Positions 33,873-42,900 of a DNA stretch of 64,000 nucleotides are shown here, piece by piece. This stretch comes from Acidobacteriota bacterium (GTDB taxonomy: Bacteria; Acidobacteriota; UBA6911; RPQK01; JAJDTT01): NCBI GenBank assembly GCA_965209055.1, contig OZ242374.1, positions 1,312,001 through 1,376,000 on the forward strand, read 5' to 3'. How positions within the stretch are numbered: position 1 is the first letter of the stretch; each line of letters opens with the position of its first letter. Position numbers and translations under genes: made by a program. Below the pieces are notes generated by a model. It worked only from the letters and a program-made list of their open reading frames with translations, searched no databases and was not told where the DNA came from.

Positions 33873-35123
33873 TCAATGGAAGCGCTCCGGTTCCAGGCGG
33901 GACAGGTCCTGGCCGGCGCCCTCCCCGGCGGCGATTTCCGAGATCAGTTTTCCCGTGACGGGCCCCAGAGAGATGCCGATGGTGGAGTGGCCCGTCGCCA
34001 ACAACAGGTTGTTCCACTTCCGGGTCCGCCCGATGAAGGGAAGCCCGTCCGGGGTCAGCGGCCGCAGGCCTCTCCAGATTTCGTGCAGGTCCAACTCCTT
34101 CATGCCGGCCAGATGCGTCCGGGCGGCCCGCAGGATAGCCTGGACCCGGGGAAGGTTCACCGAAAGGTCCAGACCGGCCAGTTCCAAGGTTCCGCCGAAG
34201 CGCAGCTTGTCTCCCATGGGAGTGGCGGCAACCTTGGCCTCCGCAAGCATCAAGGGGACCCGCGGCGTGTTGGCGGGAGCCCTGACCGTCACGCTGTACC
34301 CCTTGGCGGGCTGAACGGGGACGTCCAGCCCCACGGTTCGAGCCACCAGGGGAGACCAGGACCCGGCGGCGAGCACCACCTGTTCCGGCCGCAGGTCCCC
34401 TCTCGTGGTCACCACCCGCGTGACCCGCGTCCTGGAGGTCTTCATTTCCAGCACTTCGGTCCCGGTCCGGAAGACCGCCCCCGCGCGGCGGGCGGCATCC
34501 GCCATCTGGTGGACGAACCGGTGCGGGATCAGATGGGCGTCTTCGGGAAAGTGGATTCCGGCGATGATGGACGGCTGCACGTTCGGCTCCATCTCACGCA
34601 CCCGAACCGTGTCCAGCAGAGTGGATTCGAGACCGAACTCCCTCAGGAGCCGGGCTTCCGCCAGGGCTTTGGCCAGAAGCCGCTCGGACCGGAAGATCTG
34701 CAGCCACCCCTTTTGCCGGAAACCGAACTCCAGTTCTCCCCGGTCCGCCAGGCCCCGATACAATTCCAGGCTGGCATTCGAGAGATCCCGGAGAACGGGG
34801 ATCCCCTTCCTCATGGGTTCGTCCCGGGAGGCCTGTTGAAACCACCAGAGCCAGCGCACCAGGTCGAGGTCGAGGCGGGGCTTGATGTAGAAGGGGCTGA
34901 CCGGGTCCAGCAGCCATCGAAGGCCCTGGCTCAACACCCCCGGAGCGGCCAGGGGGACCGAGTGGCTGGGGACGATCAGCCCGGAATTCCCGTAGGAACT
35001 CCCGGAACAGATCTCTCCCCTTTCGACCAGGGTGACGGCGCATCCCCGCTGTGCCAGGAAGTAAGCGGAGCAGACGCCGATGACGCCGCCGCCGATGACG
35101 AGAACGTCGGTTTTCTCCGTCAT
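33873..35123 (-). CDS. FAD-dependent D-amino acid dehydrogenase (DadA-like)
   Basis: IGGGVIG, GSSYGNSG, AAGSWS, KGYS, GLRPLTPDGLP, ATGH..G...GP.TG. Start placed at MTEKTD. Confidence 0.88.
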   Translation of the reverse strand: MTEKTDVLVIGGGVIGVCSAYFLAQRGCAVTLVERGEICSGSSYGNSGLIVPSHSVPLAAPGVLSQGLRWLLDPVSPFYIKPRLDLDLVRWLWWFQQASRDEPMRKGIPVLRDLSNASLELYRGLADRGELEFGFRQKGWLQIFRSERLLAKALAEARLLREFGLESTLLDTVRVREMEPNVQPSIIAGIHFPEDAHLIPHRFVHQMADAARRAGAVFRTGTEVLEMKTSRTRVTRVVTTRGDLRPEQVVLAAGSWSPLVARTVGLDVPVQPAKGYSVTVRAPANTPRVPLMLAEAKVAATPMGDKLRFGGTLELAGLDLSVNLPRVQAILRAARTHLAGMKELDLHEIWRGLRPLTPDGLPFIGRTRKWNNLLLATGHSTIGISLGPVTGKLISEIAAGEGAGQDLSRLEPERFH

Positions 35124-35239
35124 CCGCCTTTCACCTTCGATCTTGGACTCAACGCCCGCGCAACCTACACCCGGGACGGTTCCAAGACAAGCCCTCGAAC
35201 CGCGGGAGATGAGACGGGGAGGCGTTCGTCCGCCGTACC

Positions 35240-36892
35240 TCAGATCTTGATCCGCTGCAGTTTCTCGATGGCTCGCGGCAGTTCGTCGGTCTCGAAATGA
35301 GGCCAGGGGAGGGATTTGCCTTCGCCGTCCACTGCTTCGACTCCGGAACCGGGATCCAGAACCTCCCCCACCCAGGTTGCCTGAATGCCCCGGTCCTCCA
35401 GTGCTTCCTCCAGCCGCTGGCGCGAATCGGCCCGGCAGACGATGATGAGGCTGCCGGAGCCGATGAGCCCCAGGGGATCGATGCCCAGCAGGCGGCAAAT
35501 CCGGGCTGTCTCGGGGAAGACGGGAATCCGGTCGGCCCGGACGCGAATGCGATGGCGCCCGGCACGGGTCAATTCGTCCAGGGCCGTCGCCGCTCCTCCT
35601 TCGGTCACGTCGTGGAGAGCCGAAACTCCTCCCGACTCCAGAACCGTCTCCGCCTCCTCCAGGACGCTGATTCCGGGGGAGAAGAGGAATTGTTCGCAAC
35701 GGGAGACCTCGTCGGCGGGAACTCCCAGGCTTTCCAGGGCCGGACGGAATTCACGGGCCAGGATGGCAGTCCCCTCCACCGCCAATGCCTTGGTCAACAG
35801 GATCTGGTCACCGGGGCGCATCCGGCTCTTGTCCACGAGCCCGCTCCGGGTGGCGGTTCCCACCATCTGCCCGACCGCCACCGGTTTGGTGACCGAGTCG
35901 GTGACCTCGGTGTGCCCTCCGCAGAGAGTCACTCCCAGCCGGCCGCACCAGCGCCGGAGACTCGCCATGAGCCGTTTGACCTGTTCGCCGGTGGTTCCCG
36001 GAGGGAACAGGAGCGTTGTCAACAGCCAGCGGGGAGTGCCCCCGGACGTGGCCACGTCGTTGGCGTTGACCACGAGGGTGTAGTACGCCATCTCGTCGGT
36101 GGCGAAGGTGATGGGGTCCGACTTCAGGATCAGGACCTCATCCTCCCTGCCCAATGCCACGGCGGCCGTATCCTCTCCCACGCCGGGACCGATGAGAAGC
36201 GAAGGATCACCCGGCTCCCGCTCATTCAGGATCCGGTCGAGCAGTTCGTTGGGGAGCTTTCCCGCCGCCAGGGGAGACCGCTCGCGGACCAGGGCCCCCA
36301 CCTGGGACAGATTCTCGACCACGTAGTCCGGGGCCGGGGTCCCGGGCGGCTCCATCCGGCCATTGGTGAGGAAGACCGTGGGGGACCCGGCTCGGAAGCC
36401 GGCGGTTATGTCGAAGTGGAAATCTCCCACCACCAGCGTCTCGGCGGCACTGACTCCCATTTTCCCGGCTGCGAGCCGGATCCCCTCGGGGTGCGGCTTG
36501 GGCAGGATGTCATCGTCCCGGGTGATGATGACGTTGAAATCGGAGGGGCCGATGGAGGGAAAGTTTTCCAGCGCACGGACGACCGCACCCCGGCTGTTCC
36601 GGCTCACGACGGCCAATGGCAGCAGCCGCGCCTGAAGCTCCCGAATCAACTCCTCGGCGCCTTTATTGGGCCGCGACCGGACCGCGCCCTCCGTCTCGAA
36701 GCGATCGAGGACACTCAAGCAGTGCCGGCGGCGATCCGGAGGCAGTCCCTGAATGTATTCCAATATGGGGGCGCCCGCCGGACTCGCCAGTTCCTGCCGC
36801 AGTTGTTGGAAGTCGAGGGAACCGGGCCGCGTGAGAGTGCCGTCGAAATCGAAGAGGATCGCCCGGATGGTCCGAATCGGAGTGTCCTTCAC
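35240..36892 (-). CDS. HAD-family phosphatase fused to an AIR-synthase (PurM/HypE/ThiL-like) domain
   Basis: N-terminal DFDGTL, KPHP, VGD..DI; C-terminal GKLP, GPGVGED, SDPIT, NANDVA..G, GGHTEVT, HDVTEGG. Confidence 0.85.
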   Translation of the reverse strand: MKDTPIRTIRAILFDFDGTLTRPGSLDFQQLRQELASPAGAPILEYIQGLPPDRRRHCLSVLDRFETEGAVRSRPNKGAEELIRELQARLLPLAVVSRNSRGAVVRALENFPSIGPSDFNVIITRDDDILPKPHPEGIRLAAGKMGVSAAETLVVGDFHFDITAGFRAGSPTVFLTNGRMEPPGTPAPDYVVENLSQVGALVRERSPLAAGKLPNELLDRILNEREPGDPSLLIGPGVGEDTAAVALGREDEVLILKSDPITFATDEMAYYTLVVNANDVATSGGTPRWLLTTLLFPPGTTGEQVKRLMASLRRWCGRLGVTLCGGHTEVTDSVTKPVAVGQMVGTATRSGLVDKSRMRPGDQILLTKALAVEGTAILAREFRPALESLGVPADEVSRCEQFLFSPGISVLEEAETVLESGGVSALHDVTEGGAATALDELTRAGRHRIRVRADRIPVFPETARICRLLGIDPLGLIGSGSLIIVCRADSRQRLEEALEDRGIQATWVGEVLDPGSGVEAVDGEGKSLPWPHFETDELPRAIEKLQRIKI

Positions 36893-38166
36893 TCGCCTGC
36901 ACTACGGCGGGCCGCCGTCTCGCCATGAAGCCTCAAGGGATGCCGCCTCGCGAATTCGAAGACGGCCTCCATTTTTCGGCCGATGGCCAGAAGGTCCGCC
37001 TCCCGGTTCGGGGGCGCCACCAACTGGAAGCCCAGGGGAAGTCCCGCCTCGGAGAGGCCATAGGGCAGAGTCAGCGTGGGCAGCCCCGTATAGGTCCAGA
37101 TCAGGCTGAAGCGAGGGTCTCCGGTGGCTTCGATTCCGGCCGGCGCCGCTCCCGGCGCCGAAGGACACAAGAGGACATGGAACTCACCGAAGAGGCGTTC
37201 GACCTCCGTCCGGACGCGTTGCCGGTGGCTCCGGACCCGCTCCAACTCCGACGCCGCGACCCTGGCGCCCCTCCGGATCAGGGCCCTCAATTTGGGAGGA
37301 TAGGAATCTCCAAAGACCCGATACAGACCCCCGTGCACCACCGCAGCTTCGGCCGCCACCAGCGTCCAGTGGTTGTCGTAGGCCTCCTCGCAGCAGGAAG
37401 GCAGCTCGGCGGAAGACACTTGCAGTCCCGCCGATTCCAGCCGGCGTCCCGCCTGCGCCAAAGCCGAGAGCATCTCCGGATCGGCGGCCTCCACCTTCTG
37501 GTCGGGCAGCAGGCCGACCCGGATCGACGCCGGCGGCGACGCCGGCGGCTCGCCGGAGAAGACCTGGTATGCCGCCAGAGCATCGGCAACATCAGCCGTA
37601 AAGAACCCGAGGGTGTCGAAGCTGGGAGCGAAGGGGAAAACGCCTTCGATGGGAATCCGCCCATAGGAAGGCTTCAGGCCCACGACCCCGCAATAGCTGG
37701 CGGGCCGGTTGACGGAGGCGACCGTTTGACTTCCCAATCCCAAGCGGATCATCCCGCATGCGACGGCGGCGGCCGAGCCGCTGCTGGAGCCGCCCGGCGT
37801 GTGATCCGGGTTCCAGGGGTTTCCGGTGGGTCCGGGATCGAAATAGGCGAATGTGGTGGTCACCGTCTTGCTGAGGACGAAGGCGCCGCGGGCCCGGAGG
37901 GTATCGACCACGGCGGCGTCCCGGGCGGCGGGGCGCCAGGGAACGAAGCCGGCGTTGGAGCGCGTCACCAGCCCCTCCACGTCCACGATGTCCTTCACAC
38001 CCAGGGACCATCCTGCCAACGGGCCGGACCCGGCCGCGCCAAAGCGTCGCCGGGCGGACACCTCATTCCAATCCACCAAAGCCCGCACTCGGGGCTCCCA
38101 GGCCCGAACCGCCTCCAAACGGGATTCAAACTCCTTCGGATCGCTTCCCGGAATCATGACACTCAC
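36889..38166 (-). CDS. Amidase signature family protein
   Basis: GVKD, TPGGSSSGSAAAVA, GSQTVAS..RPASYCG..GLKPS, GLP.G.Q. Overlaps the HAD fusion start by GTGA. Confidence 0.9.
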   Translation of the reverse strand: MSVMIPGSDPKEFESRLEAVRAWEPRVRALVDWNEVSARRRFGAAGSGPLAGWSLGVKDIVDVEGLVTRSNAGFVPWRPAARDAAVVDTLRARGAFVLSKTVTTTFAYFDPGPTGNPWNPDHTPGGSSSGSAAAVACGMIRLGLGSQTVASVNRPASYCGVVGLKPSYGRIPIEGVFPFAPSFDTLGFFTADVADALAAYQVFSGEPPASPPASIRVGLLPDQKVEAADPEMLSALAQAGRRLESAGLQVSSAELPSCCEEAYDNHWTLVAAEAAVVHGGLYRVFGDSYPPKLRALIRRGARVAASELERVRSHRQRVRTEVERLFGEFHVLLCPSAPGAAPAGIEATGDPRFSLIWTYTGLPTLTLPYGLSEAGLPLGFQLVAPPNREADLLAIGRKMEAVFEFARRHPLRLHGETAARRSAGE

Positions 38167-38450
38167 TCCAGTCGAACCAGTTCTCGATATTCGCGCTCAG
38201 CAGTCCGTGGTGAAAGTCCCGCCAGTACCGGGACCGTTCCTGCACCCGCCGGACAAGGCGTTCCGGAGGGAGTATACCGGGAGTATGTGGTGTGGGCCGA
38301 CATCGACGCAGTCCTCGGGCTGCATTGTTTTTCGCGGGTCTTGGATTGACGGGTTGTGCTCAAAGATGGATATTCGGTAACAGTTCTCCGGAAAGCCGAG
38401 GCGGGCGATGCGCCGGGGTGCAACCGCACATTTCCGAAATGGAGGTCGTG

Positions 38451-39230
38451 ATGCAGGCTTGGTTCGGAAAAACGATGGCAGGGGTTCTCATGGGTCTTTG
38501 CGCAAGTGGTGCACACGCCCAAACCGGGAGCCAAGCGTACAGTCTGTCGGCAAAAGTTCTTAGAGTGCCGGGAGGTTGTGGAGACAAATACAGCGCCAGA
38601 GACCAAGTCTACGCAAAAATCAAAGTCGTAGAACCGGAACTTGAGGCCCGAATCTCGACAACCAAAAGAAGAATCCGGCAGATCGTCGGGAAATCTCCGG
38701 CTTTTGCACAATCAGTGTTGGATAACCTGGCTCAGCGCGAGTTTCGGAGCGAAACGGCTCCACTATCTGAGGCTGAACGCCAACGGTTGGAGCAATTGAG
38801 AGATGCCAAACGAACTCATCGAAAAAAACGGCTCCAGGCGTTCCAGCGGCCCGACAAAAAAGGGGCGAAGTTGGGCCGTTTCCCCGACCAGAAGGAATTG
38901 AACGGTCTTGCGTCCAGGGCCCCTCTTTCGGCGTTGGAATCGGGGGTACTGCGCCGGGGACAAGAACTCATGGACAGATTTAAGAGCTTGGAGAGCCAGC
39001 GGCGTGTGATGCGGACCCCCGGATCCGTACGCGTCTACGCAAACGAGAAAATCGATATTGGGATATGGGAGGAGGATTTTTTATTTGACGACAATTGTTT
39101 CAGCACGAGCGTCACGCTTGATCCTTCAACCTTGGAAAAAGGGTTTCTCGAAATTGGGAAGGCGGCAGCACGGGAAGAGGGGACCGAGCAGCCGGGGTTG
39201 ATGACTCTCCACTTCACCGCCGTTCCGTGA
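38451..39230 (+). CDS. Secreted hypothetical protein with possible split C2-like domain
   Basis: GGAGG RBS, signal peptide ending AHA-Q, more AT-rich codons than its neighbours; C2-like segments DKYSARDQVYAKIKV and IGIWEEDFLFDD. Confidence 0.6.
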   Translation: MQAWFGKTMAGVLMGLCASGAHAQTGSQAYSLSAKVLRVPGGCGDKYSARDQVYAKIKVVEPELEARISTTKRRIRQIVGKSPAFAQSVLDNLAQREFRSETAPLSEAERQRLEQLRDAKRTHRKKRLQAFQRPDKKGAKLGRFPDQKELNGLASRAPLSALESGVLRRGQELMDRFKSLESQRRVMRTPGSVRVYANEKIDIGIWEEDFLFDDNCFSTSVTLDPSTLEKGFLEIGKAAAREEGTEQPGLMTLHFTAVP

Positions 39231-39696
39231 GCAGGGTCCGCGCGTGTTGAGGTGGTCCCGCTTTTTTCCCGGCAGCCGGCAATGGCGTCCGGCCCCCTAG
39301 TAACGGTCCCCATTGGCGTCGGACAACCGGTGCCAATTCTTGAGGATGGCCACGCACAGGACCTGTTCCGCGGCGAGATCCGGAGCCCCCTGACCGGAAC
39401 TGCCGGAGTCTCCCAAATCGTGTAAAATCAGATCCAGGATCGAGGGATTTTTCTTCAAGATCTTGGAACCGGCTTTCAGCTCTTGGGCGAGTCGATGATC
39501 GGACCAGAGGCAGTAGAGAGGAAGTTGACTCGGCCGTTCTCGACGCTTGTTTCACGCCTTCGGTTATGTGTAAGTCTCTTATTATGTTTGGTTTAACTCC
39601 AATAGACCAACAAACGAACTACACAAAACCGGGGCTTGAAAATGCCTCTTCGTCCTTACTTCCCAACAACCTGCGCCTTTCCGAATAAAAACCAGA

Positions 39697-39866
39697 GAGA
39701 GAGACGCTGCCCACGTGCGCGCCGCGATGGCGCATCGGTGTCGCCTGCAGGGGCCGATACGCGGCATTTCGGTGGAAAAGCCCGACGATCGGACGTTTCC
39801 GGGCAGGTCCGCAATCCTCACCGGACCCGGAAGGTCGCGATCATACTCCTTAACAGCCCGTGGCAT
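39697..39866 (-). pseudogene. Decayed fragment of a GAF-domain sensor-kinase gene, paralogous to 47170-47322
   Basis: About 150 bp aligns to the kinase GAF region at about 85% identity (hand alignment) with a 1-nt deletion; encodes RDLPGPVRIADLPG.VRS.GFSTE. Confidence 0.8.
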
Positions 39867-39913
39867 AAGTCGTCACGGCATTCGACCGTCCCTGCATCCC
39901 GGCGCGGACTGCG

Positions 39914-42900
39914 TTGGGTTTCGCCGGCGCTCAGGAGCCGCGAAGCAGCGTGACGGCAGCGGTTGGCCGTGCGCGAGGCAAAACCTCCCGAGCCGGGCGA
40001 GAGCCGGCCAATGATTCCCGGACACCCTGGGGCGTGTCGCGGACGTTTCGAGCGGGCGCCGTCGGATTCGGGTTCACGGTCGTTCTCGCGGGAGCCTTCG
40101 GCGTCGACGTCGCCCACGCCCAGTCCCTATCGCCATCGACGGCGTCCGTCAATGTCAACGAGCCCGACGGCACGAGCAGCTACACCATTGCGCTGTCCAG
40201 CGAACCGACCGGGAACGTCGTCTTGGCGGTGGCGAGCGGCGACACCAGCGTCGCGACGGTGAGCCCGTCGAGCCTGACCTTCACCGCCACGAACTGGAAC
40301 ACGCCGCAAGAGGTGACGGTGACGGCGGTCGACGACGACCTGGCCACGCCGGTGGTTCGGACTACGGCGATCACCCACACGGCGAGCGGCGCGAACTTCG
40401 ACGGCGTCACCGCTCAGGTGGCGGTGCAGGTGGGAAACGACGACCAGGCGGGAGTTCGGGCCGGGAGCGGTGCCTACGCGATCAACGGCGGCGAGGACAA
40501 TCAGGTCGTGATGCCCATCTGGATCACGAGCGAACCGACGGGCAACGTCACGGTGACGCTGAGCGTCGAGGACGAGACGGTGGCGAGCGTGAGTCCGGCG
40601 AGCGTGACCTTCACCCCCGCCAATTGGCGGGACCGCGTGGACATCACCATCACGGGGGTCGCCAACGACGTGCACGATCCCGACCATCGCAAGACCTCGA
40701 TCTCCTTCACGGTGAGCGGTGCGGACTACGACGGGATGACGCGCCCGGCGGTGTCAGTCACTGTGGTGGATGACGACCAGCGGACATTCAGGGTCACCGA
40801 CCAATCTTTTGCCCTCTCGGAGAACGGCGGCCACAAGGTGCTCTCCATCTGGATCACGAGCGAACCGACGGGCAACGTCACGGTGACGCTCGCGTCCCAG
40901 GACACCAGCGTGGCGACCGTGAACCCGACCAGCGTGACCTTCACCCCATCGAACTGGAAGCAGCGGGCGGAGATCACCGTCACCGCGGTCGACGACGACA
41001 TCTACAACAGGCCACAGCGAAGGACGCAGATCGTCGTCACCATCAGCGGCGCGGACTACGACATGGTGACGACCTCGCCGATAAGGGTGACGGCCGCGGA
41101 TGACGAGCCCGTTCCCGTGTCCGTGCCGGAGGGGCGGGCGTTCAGTTACGGATTGCGGACCACCCTGAGGCAGGGCGAAGGCAGCGTCTCGCTGGAGGTG
41201 ACGAGCAGCGACCCGGAGGTGGTGGCGATCGACCCCGAGACCCGGATTCTGACGTGGACCGAGGCCGCTTCGGGCACGGAAATGAGGGTGAGAGCCAGTA
41301 CGGTCGACAATGACGCCCTGGGGAACGGCTTCGCGATAATCTCCCATCGGTACACACAGCCGCGTGATCCCGACATCCCTCTCGTGCAGGGCCTTGCCAT
41401 CACCGTGACCGACGACGACGTCCCGGCCGTCACCGTCGCCCCGACAGACCTCCTCGTGGTAACGGGCGCCACCCGCACCTACAGCGTGGTCCTGGACGTG
41501 GAGCCGAACGCGGACGTGACCGTCACGGCGTCGAGCGGCAACGCCGGCGTGGCGACGGTGTTGCCCGCAAGCCTGACGTTCACGCCGTCGGACTGGAATG
41601 TCGCGCAGACGGTGACGGTCACGGGCGTTGGGGCGGGCAGCGCCGCGATTTCGCACGGGGCGAGCGGCGGCGCCTACGATGGCGCGGCCATCGACGACGT
41701 GGCCGTCACCGTCGTCGACAGTCTGAAGCGGATGGACGTGACGACGTCGGCCACGCACGATGAGATCACCCTCACCTGGCCCCGCGTCGAGGGCGCGGCC
41801 GGCTACGAACTCGAGATCCAGGGCCCGGGCGTCTTCCGCACGTCCAAGACCACGGCGAGACGCAAGGCCTGGCGGGGCCTTTCTCCCAACACACCCTATG
41901 ACCTGAGGGCAATCCCCTTGACCGGGCTTGGCCAGGACGGATCTCACGTCACCGGCTATATCTGGTGGGAGGGCACGGAGACGACGACCGGCGCGCCGGG
42001 CGAGCCCGGCCTGGTGTTCAGCCGGACCGACGTGCCGGTGGACGAGGGCTCGACGGCGGGCTACACGGTGGCGCTGGCGACCCAGCCGGGCGCCGAGGTA
42101 CTCGCGTCGATCACCGGCATGGGCCGCGGGATCGGCGCTGGTCCGGCGTCGCTGGCGTTCACGACGGCGAACTGGAGCACGGCGCAGACGGTGACGGTGA
42201 CGGCGGCCCAGGATTCGAACACGACCTCGGAGACGGTGACATTGACGCACACGGCGTCCGGCGGCGGCTACGACGGCGTGACCGGCGACGTGACGGTGCG
42301 CACGAACGACGACGACACCAGGCCGCCGCGGGGGAACCGCCCGCCCACGGTGACGGCGTCGTGCAACCCCTGCAGGGTGGCCCCGGGCGGGGAGGTGCGT
42401 CTGACGGCGTCGGCGTCGGACCCGGACGGCGACCCGCTGACTTACACGTGGAGCGCGCCGCGGGGCGGCTTCAGCGGAGCCGCCAGCGCCGCGACGGCGT
42501 TCTGGCGGGCGCCGGACGCCACCGGGACGGTCACGGTCCGAGTGGTGGTCTCCGACGGCCGGGGCGGTACGGCGTCGGCCGTCGTGACCGTCAGGGTCGT
42601 CCGGTCCAACCCTCCGCCCGGGGAGAACCGCCCGCCCACGGTAACGGCATCATGCGACCCGTGCGTGGTGGCTCCGGGCGGCGAAGCCCGTCTGACGGCC
42701 ACGGCGTCAGACCCGGAAGACGACCCGTTGACCTACAGGTGGAGCGCGCCGCAGGGCGGTTTCATGGGAGCCGCGGACGCCGCCACGGCGCGCTGGCGGG
42801 CACCGGAGGCCACCGGGCCGGTCACGATCCGAATCGAGGTCTCCGACGGCCGGGGCGGTACGGCGTCGGCCGAGGTCGTCGTCGAAGTCGTCAACGAGCC

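Noticed and set aside
39231-39696. Possible small ORFs or ncRNA in the AT-richer gap
   Set aside because: No convincing RBS, motif or stable structure could be recognised by eye; left as unexplained intergenic DNA.
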